Source of the DNA: Spirogloea muscicola
Lineage: Eukaryota
NCBI GenBank assembly: GCA_009602725.1
Contig: WELB01000015.1
Span: forward strand, 48,985-88,012
Length of the DNA: 39,028 nt
Direction: 5' to 3'
Below are positions 24,595-34,773 of the stretch, one piece after another (position 1 is the stretch's first letter; every line of letters begins with the position of its first letter). A program made the position numbers and the translations under genes. The notes under the pieces are model-generated. The model made no database searches. It saw nothing but the letters and a program-made list of their open reading frames with translations, and had not been told where the DNA came from.

Positions 24595-26329
24595 ATGCGC
24601 GGCGCCGCAGAAGCGCGCACCTGGAAAGCCGCCGCGGCCGTGCTGCTGCTGGCGTGCGCGCTGCTGGCCACCGAGCGCGCTGCCCGCTGCTCGCATTGGC
24701 AACCCCATGACCAGATTGCAGTCGCCAGTGCACAACCTGCAGGCGCGGCGGAGCCCATGTCAGCTGCCACTTTCCGCTGCCGCTGAGGATGATTGCAGTC
24801 GCTGCATGGAGCGCCGCCAGCCTGCAGCAAGCACTAGCGTGAAGCAGTGACGTGTTGCGAACGTTGATCGAGCTCAATCTCCGTCGTGCCCATGTCGTTG
24901 TGCCCAGAAGAGGCGCCTGCGCTGGCCCGCCTGGGCGGCCTGCCGAGGCGAGCCCCGCCAGATGGCTCGTGATTCCGCCCACGTACGATGCCCATGGCGG
25001 CAGCGCGACGGCGCTCGACGTCCTCGCGGGTTACCAGCAGAAGCGCGTCCAGCAGCTCCTGCGCTTCCTGGGCGCCCACGTACCCGAGCAGCAGCTGCAG
25101 CGCCTGAGCGTCATCGAGAACGGCTGTGGGTGCATCGACTCGCCACACCGTCGCCGCATGCAGGCGATCGCTAGAGCTGCTCAGAGTTGCAGTCACCTCT
25201 GACAACTTGCATGCTGCATTCTGTAAATGGCTTCATTTACTGTGAGATGAGATGTACTGCGCTGTGAGATGTACGGCAGACGCTGCCCCTGGTGGCGGAT
25301 GACAGTGTGCATAAGCGCATTCATGGTCCTTGTACCAGGCATGCAATTCTCCAGGGCTAACCCTCGACGTATTGTTAGTAGCTCATTCTTCAGGATCAGC
25401 CGATTAATTGGCTACCACATTCGCTGGTCATCTTGATTGCTTTGACTCTGCAAGTTGCAGGCGACATCACCGGCAGGGTGGGCGAGCTGATCTCCGCGTC
25501 AGTGCGTAGCTACGTGGGCGTGAACTGCCCCTTTGAGCACCACGGTCTCGAGCACCTCGCGGAGCCCAACGCACCGAATGCGCTGTATGTCAGCACTGAC
25601 TGCAGCTACCTGCCCTTCAGGGACGCCAGCTTTGACGTCGCCTTCTCAGACAATGTGCTGGAGCACGCAAACCCCGTCGAGAGCTTCATCGAGGAGACGT
25701 TCAGGGTCCTCAGGAGCGGCGGCCTTGCATACTTCGCCTGGCATCCAGTGTGGACGGGACCGTTTGGGCACCACATCCACGATGACATGGTCTATCGACG
25801 CGCTCGCAGGCTGAATGTAACCAGCTTGTGAGCAGTATTAGGCCTTCAGACTGCCCCGTCCTGCCTGCAACCAGGCTGTCTTGTAGTGTCCCCGAGTAAG
25901 ACGCGTCCTCATCCGCTTACCCATGTGCTTGCTTTGTGTCATAGGTACACAAACAACGGGTCTTTCATTCCGCCATGGGGCCATCTGCTGCACAGCAGCG
26001 GCGATCTGCGGACCATCCTGCTCAGCCGCCCGGGGATGGGTCCTCCATCGCTTGTTGACGGCCTTCTGGACTTCATCTACAACAACCGTAACCTCAATCG
26101 TGCCCCACTGAGGCGCATCCAGCAGGCTCTGCAGCGGCTCGGCTGGGCACATGTCTTCAATGAGACAAATGGCTGCATACCTGACCAAGCCGACAACGAC
26201 GAGCACAACCCCAATCATGTGGCTAGCCCCAAGCTCAGCTTTGCAGACCAGCAGCGGCTTGAGAAACTGTACCCCATGGAGACGCGCTTTGACCTGGGGC
26301 CGTGCATATTTGCGGCAATGAAGCGGTAG
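24595..26329 (+). CDS. Class I SAM-dependent methyltransferase (Methyltransf_11-like) with probable N-terminal signal/anchor; exons ~24595-?, ~24848-25125, 25461-25827, 25945-26329
   Basis: Motif I VIENGCD is formed by a phase-1 splice 25125/25461. Also SYVGVN, TDCSYLPFRDASFDVAFSDNVLEH, FIEETFRVLRSGG, WHPVWTGPFGHHIH and IPPWGHLL. The upstream ORF has hydrophobic AAAAVLLLACALLA; its splice link is inferred. Confidence 0.75.
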
Positions 26330-26701
26330 CCACTCTGCTCAGGATCTCAACGTCCACCGTTACATTGACACAATTCACTTGCATTTCTGGGAAAAGGGCT
26401 CATCGCAGGCCAGCAAGGCTGTCATGTCAGTAGCTGTACATCCAACAGCATCCCTCAAGTTGTTGGTCAGTAAGTCACGACGTACCATCTACTCGGCCTC
26501 ACAACTTGAAGCTTGAGGAGACCAGGGCTGGCATGTGCCTGCTCAGTGTCATTCATCATGACACCTCGTCGAGCTAAACGGCGGAGGACAAAGTGGGAGG
26601 GTGCTCCGACTAGAACGCCAAGGAGCAACAGACAAGGTGGAGGCAGAAGCTAATTTGTCTTCCCATAGCTTAGTGCAGCAAGGCTTTGCAGATGCAAGCC
26701 C

Positions 26702-29700
26702 TCAGAGCTCATCCTTGGGGGCCTCCGCATGCGACTCCACCTCGGCCTTAATGGAGGCCTCAGCGGCCTCGGCAGCATCTGTCTGTGCTTCTGAGGAAGA
26801 ATCGGTTGCAGAGGCAGCGGCTGCAGGCGCAGCACCTGCTTTGGAACTCCTCTTCGCCTCGACGTACTTGATGAGGTCCTCCAGCGTGCGGTTGCCGTCA
26901 TACGGGCTCACCTTGCCGTCCGCCGAGTAGAAGAAGAGCGTGGGGAAGCCCTTGACCTTGAAAAGCGAGCTGGGCACGTCGTTGGCGGTCGCATCCTGCA
27001 CATTGACGAGGCTTGACTCAGTGCATAAGTGTATCCTTGCAATTTCTATCAGCACAGTCCTGGGAGATCAAAGTCTCACAAACTTCCCACGAAGTCGCTA
27101 ATAATTAGCTCTCTTAGAATCTTAGCAGTAGATAAGAGCACTAGAGGCCAGCTCCTGGTGGTCTTACCAGGATGCTCTTTGTTGCACCTGCTCACAGTGA
27201 AGCCTTGTCGATGACAAATCATGTTCAAGTTTGACTAGCACGTCCTCAAGATAAGCAACGAGGAAAAAGTCTTACCAGCTTAGCAATGATGATCTCATCA
27301 TCGTCCTCATAGTGGTCACCAAGCTCCTCGTAGATTGGCGCCAGCGTCTTGCAGTGCCCGCACCAGGGCGCGTAGAACTCTATCAAGACTGCAGACCAAC
27401 CGGCAGTAGCCCAAGTGCTTCAGACAAGGTATAAACGATTTCTGAGAGGTATGCATTCTGCAGTCTAGCATCACAGAATCTTCTCATGACCACATTGTGA
27501 AAAAATTTCATAGGGCTCTCTACTTCGGAGACCTGGCCAATGGCCCCAGCATCAAGCCCAGCACTCGAGAAACCACCAATGGACTCACTGTCGAGACTGC
27601 TGACAATAATGTGAAGGGATGATAGACTTTGATGCTAAGAAGCTCTCGAGGAAAGTGCAAGCTCCCAGACCAGCAGGATGCAGTTCACATGAGAGAGTGA
27701 GCAAACATCTACAAGCTTGATAGCTAACCCACCATTCTTGCCAGAATTGAAAACAATGTCGTCAAAATTCTTAGCCACCAGGACAGTCACGGACTCATCA
27801 TTCTTTGCTGGAATGTCCTCAGACTTGATATGCGCTGTGAGCTTGCCAGCCTGTACAAGCAATTTGCTGAGAATATCAACATCGGCTAGAAGAGAGAGGT
27901 CTTGCAGGATTGGAGAGTGGTCTGCGACACAGCACCTCCTTCTTGGTCAATGGTTCAGTGCTTCATACAATAAAAGCAATGAGGTCAGGTGAGCACTATG
28001 CTTCTGACCTTGAAGTCATCAATGAATGTGGTGATCTTGTCGGCAGACGTCTTTTCCAGGAAGTACTTCTTGTCCTCCTTCGTGTCGTGGATGATGACAA
28101 TGGGGAGGGAGGTCGTGGTGACGCCGAAATACTGCAACAAAACAGTCCACTAGCAGAGTTGGCAAAAGAGCACACTGGACACGGTTGTAGACGTGCCCAT
28201 GAAGGTCATGAGTGTGCTCATCGGCAATGCTAAGCTGTATGAAGGCTGTCCATCACCAATATCAGTGAATACGACGACGTTAGATGATCATTCGTGACAG
28301 ACACAAGGCACAGCTTTTGAAAGAGCGGCAGCCACAGCTATCTGGCCTGCAGCTACAAGGCAAAAAATCAGGATAATGCCATGTCTTTAGTACGTTCAAC
28401 AAGGAGTTCAAGGGTACAAGGTAGATCCGGTGCATGGACTACCTTGAGAGCTTGATCATTCTCGGCACCATCTCCATAGATGAACTTGACGTCGTCTGCT
28501 TTTGAGGAAGCTACCTTTAGGAACTCCTCTTTGAATGCAGAAGCAGTGTCACTCTTGTAGTCCCAGAAGCCAAGCACCTGAGCAGGTCAGGTCATGGATC
28601 AGACCTTGCAGTGATGAATGTACACAGTCGTAAGACTGGGAAAGTTCAGGATGCATGTTGCTGCTACAGGCATTCTTTGTACTTGAGCCTCTGTGAGTGA
28701 CTTGACCTGCTTGTGCACTCCAGGGCTAATTATTGTGTTGGCAAATATTTCTTCATATTCAGTTGTTGAAGACCTTGGGAAGCAGCAGGGTAAGATGAAA
28801 GAAAAGGGTACAGCGACAAGTGAGCTGCCACGTTCAAGCTTAAAATGGAAAGGTGGCTAGGAGCAAGTGCGACAGACCTTGGGCGCCTCACTCTGGAAGA
28901 CCTTGGAGATGACCTGCCTCATCGCTGGGTCCTTGCTCATCTCCACAGCAGAGGGTACACTCTTCACGTCCAAGAACTGCTTCAACTTCTCGAGGTCAAA
29001 GTCCTGGGGGCCAGATGCACAATACACACACAAGACCCAGCAAGTAAATATCAAGGCAAGGCACACGTGCACGTGGTGCCGCAGCCTCAACATGATGACA
29101 TGCGAGAAGCCACTTCCGGTACTCGACAGGAAAGATGTATACTCTTGATGAATCTCTTTAGGGAGGTTCAAGCTCACAGCAAAGTCGTTGAAGCCCTCAT
29201 CAAAGTCCTTGAAGAGGCGGACAGCAGGGGCTGCCAAGGGCGTGCCCTTGTCTGGCACCAAGGCACCATCAGTGGTGTGCCCAAAGACCATCTCACTCCG
29301 GAGGTTCTCAGCCACAACCTCAAATCGCTTGAACTCTGGTTCATCGAGGCTCTTGAAAACGCCAACCTGCGCAAGCAGCATGCACTTGCATGCAGTGTTC
29401 AGATTGTTTCAAATGAGGTCAACAGAGCTGAGGTGAGGAACCAAAAGGCCTTGGTTGCAAGCAGGTATTGACTTGTGCCAAGCACAGCCATCTCTCATGT
29501 ACGTATTAGTGCAGTCAATTCTTTCTACTGCTTTATTTTCATTGTCCCTGACAGGCTGCTCAAGTAGCTCTATGGCCCTACGGCTCCCGTACTCCTCACC
29601 ACTGCAACATGGTTTTTGAGGAGTGCATCCATCTCCTCAGAGGTCTTGATCTCCTTGGATGCTGGGCCTGCCATCTTCTTCACGTAATCCACAATGCCTG

Positions 29701-30739
29701 CAGAGTCGCGGGGCCCCTGGTAATCTTGCACAATTCCTCCTTTGCGGAAGATCTTCATGGTGGGGAAGCCCTTGACATCGTACTTGGAGGCCAACTCCTT
29801 GTTGCTCGCTTCGTCTGCGTCGACCTTGGCCAGATGAAGTGGAGGGTCTTCCTTGGCCAGGATTTGGGCGGCTACTTCGTACTGCACCAGGCAGGCAACG
29901 TGTCATGTCCCTAGCCGTGCATGACATAAATTGCTGACAACAGGTGCCACATGCAAAGGCACTATATCTGTGTCTGACCGACACCCATTGCAAGGGCACG
30001 ACAAGGAGGTGCCAGCGTGCATCGCATATCCCAGGCAACGTAGAGAGTAGGCCAGCATAGCTTGACTGCTTCTACATGTTCCAGCGTCACCAACTTGCAT
30101 GTGCCAACACCCGTCTGCTTTCTGCTACAAAGGTGATTGGCAATTAAAGAGGCAATGACGCTGGCGGTATGGCGGTCACCTCTGGAGCCAGCTTCTTACA
30201 ATGGCCGCACCTGCATTGTCACAAAAACATCCGTTCGGCACCGAAGTGAGGGAGTGAGCCAGGTGGCATACTTGAGCGAACAAGTCCACTGCATGTGCAA
30301 GGGACAGCGTGCATTCCCAAAAACGGACGTCTTCACTGTCTGCCGTAGTACTTCCAGCTGTCTGACATGCTACAGGAGGTGATTATGCCTTGAACGGAAA
30401 ATTAAGTAGCTGAGCTGCAGCTTAGAAGAGGTGCAGCACGAAATATGGCAGAAGAATGGCATGTGACCAAGCTGGCCACCAAGACGCTGGCAGCTTAGCC
30501 CGCATGACGCCATTGTAGACGACGCGAAGTGCACTCGACGTAAGACTAGATAGAGCCCCAGGTGCAGTCAGAGCGCCGTACCAAGGGGCGTAGAATTCCA
30601 CGAGGAGCATGTCGTGCTTGGCAATCTCCTTGTCGAAGTTCTTGGAGGTGAGCGTGATGACGGAGTCGCCGGCGGCGAGCCCCGCCGCCGCGGGCACGGC
30701 CGCCGCCAGCAGCAGCGCGAGCGCCGCGAGCGCCGCGCT

Positions 30740-30740
<1 letters not shown>
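26702..30740 (-). CDS. PDI: Protein disulfide isomerase (PDIL1-type, a-b-b'-a'), ER-retained; start codon lost in assembly gap
   Basis: Signal-peptide-like [17 protein letters not shown]. First active site [17 protein letters not shown] is split by an intron (small exon ~30180-30210). [12 protein letters not shown]; second site [18 protein letters not shown] at ~27340-27388; [20 protein letters not shown]-terminal KDEL then TGA. Confidence 0.95.
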
Positions 30741-30772
<32 letters not shown>

Positions 30773-30773
30773 N
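30741..30773. other. Poly(T)32 plus N: assembly gap/artefact inside the PDI 5' coding region
   Basis: Homopolymer directly adjacent to an N, where the PDI ATG should be. Confidence 0.75.
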
Positions 30774-31096
30774 AGACTCGGCGGAGGCGAGGACGAGAGG
30801 CGGCGGCGGCAGCGGCGGCGGCGACGGCGGCGGCGGCGGCAGCGGCGGCGGGGTGTGAGGAGTGCGGCTCTGAGGCGCGGCTGGCGGGCAAGGACGGCCT
30901 GGTGTGAACGGGGGCCGGGGCGGGTACCCTTTGGGGGGGGGCATTTCCCGACGGATTTGATTACGGCCCATCTGAGGGCCACCCACCCCGCGCCCGCCCC
31001 CCGAGCGAGCTTCCAGAAGTACCTGTCGTCAGAGACTGGTTGAATCCCTCTCCCCGGGGGGGAGGGGGGGCGGCGCGCCTGGCCCGGTTAGGTGGG

Positions 31097-31169
31097 CACG
31101 TGGGCTGACGTGGCTGCCACGCCGGCATGCGCAAGCCAATGCGCGCCGCGCATTGACCCGTCGACCAAT
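31097..31169. promoter_or_regulatory. UPRE core TGACGTGG (31106-31113), G-box CACGTG (31097-31102) and CCAAT boxes (31136, 31165) in the divergent PDI/AP4S promoter
   Basis: Motifs read directly, ~350 bp upstream of PDI, a canonical unfolded-protein-response target. Confidence 0.5.
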
Positions 31170-31577
31170 CAGCAACGCGCCAGCGCGTCACCCACCCCCC
31201 TCCTTCCCACGGTTCCGTGGCCTAATGCCACCCTCGCCGTGGGGAATTCCTGCGCTGGTAAGGGACAGGGGAGTAGTGCGCGCCATTCCGGCACACCCCC
31301 CGGAGGATCTTGAGTCCGGCTAACCTGGATAACCCGGTCCCGGGCTGTACTGGTAGCCGGCCAGCCCGGACCGCGCCGGGCCCCGCCGGCCGACCGGTCC
31401 GTCGGCTAACCTATGAAACCATGGCCCCACATCCTGGTCACGACCCCGTTAGGTTCCCGCTACTCTAACGGCGTTCGCGCTGGTTCTCACGCCCCTGCCC
31501 TAACCCTAGCCCTCACTCTGCCCGCCGCCGCCGCCGCGAGCGCCGGGCCGCGAGCGGCGGCGGCGGCGGCGGCGGCG

Positions 31578-32817
31578 ATGACGATCCGCTTCATCCTGCT
31601 GGTGAACAAGCAGGGGCAGACGCGGCTGGCGTAGTACTACGAGTACATGAGCCTGGAGGAGCGGCGCGCGCTCGAGGGCGAGATCGTGCGCAAGTGCCTC
31701 GCCCGCTCCGACCAGCAGGCGCGCCCGCCGCCGCCGCCGCCGCCGCCGCAGACGGGCTTGGGATTAGGGTTAGGTTTCAGGGGTAGGGTTTGCGGCGGCT
31801 CGGGCTTGACGGTGCGCCGGTGCGGCCGGGCCGCGCAGTGCTCGTTCGTGGAGCACCGGGCGTACAAGGTCATCTACCGCCGCTACGCCTCGCTCTTCTT
31901 CCTCGTCGGCGTCGACGGCGACGAGGTGCAGCCGCCGCCGCCGCACCGAAACCCGCCGACCCAAAAGATCGAACTCAATGCAGACGAGCGGAACCCATCG
32001 AACCCATGACCTCATACGTGCAAAGCATGCGCTCTACCCACTCGTGGTGCCGCTGTATGCTCTGTGCCTCTGAGTCTGCCACGCCCGTCCAGTTGGGCGG
32101 ACGCTGAGGGGCGGACCCATCTGCGGCTCTGAAGCGGCGGCGCTGCTGTGTGGGCTCGCTGGATGCAGAACGAGCTTGCAATTCTGGAGTTCATCCACTG
32201 CGTTGTGGAGACGATGGACCGCTACTTCGGCAACGTGGTGAGCATGCTCCCGCCGTGCCTCCTCCTCGGACTACTCTTGCCGCAGCCGACTGCGTGTATT
32301 TTGTGGCTGGCTAGGATGAGATACTCGGTCCAGCGGCCGAAGGCAAAAGGGTGGAGCTTCAGCAGCTCAGCTGACTCGACGGATCGTCCTCCATCGAGGA
32401 TATTGAGAAGCTTCGAGCTTGCCTCAGAACTGCTACTCCTTGCCGTGCTTATCTTATTTTGTATTAGCACATGCTGCTCTCACATTGAGGGTTTTATATG
32501 CCAGCCCCGCCTCTAAGTAACATAAGCTTGCGTCCTGTCAAAGTTCCAGATACAGCAGGCTTCACGGCTTCATCTATATGCCCATAGCAGCAAGCCGGAG
32601 TGCTTGCTGCTTCATGACCCAGACTTCTGCGAGTTCCAGTGCAGACAAGCTGACACTGAAGCCCTGTGCACCCATGCGGCAGTGTGAGCTGGACATCATG
32701 TTCCACCTGGAGAAGGCGCACTTCATGCTCGACGAGATGGTGATGAATGGCTGCATTGTGGAAACCAACAAGAACAACGTCCTTGCGCCAATCCAGCTCA
32801 TGGACAAGGTGTCCTGA
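31578..32817 (+). CDS. AP4S1: AP-4 complex subunit sigma (exons 31578-31718, 31839-31925, 32169-32237, 32683-32817) with an in-frame TAG at codon 19
   Basis: [142 protein letters not shown]. Intron 1 is GC-AG. Confidence 0.93.
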
Positions 32818-33507
32818 GCTGGCCGCTTCCCAAGAGCTGATCGGGAAGCTGTGCGTAATGCCTGCAGCACCCTACATCTGGCAGAGGTAGCCTCCTGGTG
32901 GAGAACGCTCTGCCTGGTATCCCAGCTACAGAGCATAGCATGTTGGATGTTTCTCCTTGGCAGAGGTGATTGTGGTGTGCAAAGCATCAGAGTAGGTGCT
33001 CAGTGGTGTAGCTAGAGAAGAGGCCTGAGGATAGCATGACGGCTAAGTGTGCAGCATTGAGGGTGAGGCATGCTAGGGCTGGAAAGGCCAGCTTCCCACG
33101 AGCTCACAAAGTCGGCCTGCTGCTGCAGCGATGAGGCGATCGCCCCAGGCAAGGGGCCGGCTCACTAGATAAGCCTCCAAGACAGCAGTGTACATATGCT
33201 TACCGTCACAGCTTGCAGTCACATCCAGGCAGGGCCACGGAGATGTATGCCTCCCCTCCCAATTAGAGGGGGACCAAGCTCGCCTTGGTCTGCTACTTGC
33301 ATGCCACGGGACTTCAACACTGCCGAGGGTTCCTGTATACGTGATGCTTGGTCAGAAGACTTGTCAGCAAGCGAGGGATCTGGTGGACTCTTGCGGATTT
33401 TCTGTGCACATTGTGTCTGACTCTGGTGTGTCTTGCAAGACAGCCACTGCCCCTGCCACATGGCCCGCTCTAAATCACAGACTCCGCCGCTACTGCCTCT
33501 AGAGAAG

Positions 33508-33579
33508 ACAAGCAAGTCAGCCGGCCACATAGTCAGCGTGTCGATACAAACAAGCAAGTCAGCCGGCCACACAGTCAGC
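33508..33579 (+). repeat. Direct repeat, 30 bp x2, period 42 bp
   Basis: ACAAGCAAGTCAGCCGGCCACA(T/C)AGTCAGC at 33508-33537 and 33550-33579, one mismatch; degenerate third copy near 33593. Confidence 0.85.
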
Positions 33580-33816
33580 ATATTAGGATACCGCAAGTCG
33601 AGTGGCTACAAAGACTTGTTGTATAGTCGCGAAGTGGTTCTGTTCACTCTTGTTGGTCCTGCAGTCCTAAACCCTGACCCAGAGGGGTTCTTTGTCCATA
33701 TTCGTAAGCCAGGGGTTTAGGACAGTCGCCCAGGCAGCCTCTCTCAGCCCCGCCGTCGTCGCAGCCGCCGCGGCAGGCGCGCGGCGGCGGCGGCGTCGGC
33801 GGCGGCGGCGGCCATC

Positions 33817-34773
33817 ATGCGGTACGGCGACGGGCTGGCGGTGGTGGCGGCGTCGGTGGCGACGGCGTTCCTGTGCGAGGCCGTGTCGTGGGCGCTCATC
33901 TACCGCACCGCCTCCTACCGCCAGCTCCGCGACTCCATCTCCCGCACCTCCAAGAAGCTCGAGAGCATGNCGACGACGGCGGGCTGCGCATCAAGCTCAA
34001 GCTCCCGCGCCACCCGTCGCCGGCCTCCCGCTCCCCCTCCTCCGCCTCGCCCGCCTCCTCTGCGCCGCCGCCGCCGCCGCCGCCGCCGGCGAAGGCCCTG
34101 AGCCCGGCGGCGCTGGCCGGCGGCGGCTGCGCAGACGCTGTCATTCTCCAAGTTCCAGTCCGGCGGCGTCGTGGCCGTCATCCTCCTCGTCGTCTTCGGC
34201 CTCCTCAACTCCCTCTTCGACGGCAAGGTCGTCGCCAAGCTCCCCTTCGCGCCCTTCCAGCTCGTCCGCAAGATGTCGCACCGCGGCCTTGCAGGTAACT
34301 CTCACGCCGCCTTTCCCCATGAAGACACGGCTCAGCAACGCAATACAGGCCGGCCCAGTTGGCCAGGACCGCTCAGACTGCGGCTCTGATAGAGTTGCTG
34401 GTGGCCATCCCGTTGTGCTTTGGGTCTGCATCGGTTTGCTGCTTGTGCTGAGAGGTCCTGCCAGGGTTTTGGTACTTGGGCCTGAAACCCACGTTGAGAT
34501 AGCCAACAATGTCCAGACTTGAGTCACCAGATGCGTCTCGAACCCGGAGCCATCAACTGTAGTCGAGCGCCTCCATGGTGGTGCACCGCCATAGCTCACG
34601 AGTGACTCAGGCGCGCGCTCGCAGGTGACGACTTCACCGACTGCTCCATGGTCTTCCTGTACATGCTGTGCTCCATCAGCATCCGGCCCAACCTCCAGAA
34701 GCTGCTCGGCTTCTCGCCACCGCGCAGTGCAACCCCCAGCATGTTCCCCACCCCGGAGACCAAGAGCAAGTGA
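33817..34773 (+). CDS. TMCO1: TMCO1 (ER membrane protein, Oxa1 superfamily/GEL complex), interrupted by an assembly gap at 33970
   Basis: MRYGDGLAVVAASVATAFLCEAVSWALIYRTASYRQLRDSISRTSKKLESM[N]...TLSFSKFQSGGVVAVILLVVFGLLNSLFDGKVVAKLPFAPFQLVRKMSHRGLAG|DDFTDCSMVFLYMLCSISIRPNLQKLLGFSPPR. Exons 33817-gap, 34135-34294, 34625-34773. Confidence 0.92.

Noticed and set aside
30741..30773. Poly-Lys N-terminus of PDI or a retroposon poly(A) tail
   Set aside because: The homopolymer abuts an N gap, with no TSD or element body; best explained as an assembly artefact.
31632..31634. Alternative nuclear genetic code (TAG=Gln, as in some ulvophytes and ciliates)
   Set aside because: Only one such codon. The many Gln codons traced in NOT1, PDI, RAD51B and the kinase are CAA/CAG, and TAG appears to terminate NOT1 (23104) and the methyltransferase (26329).
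33508..33610. CRISPR-like array
   Set aside because: Only two good repeats with a 12-bp spacer, eukaryotic context, no cas genes.
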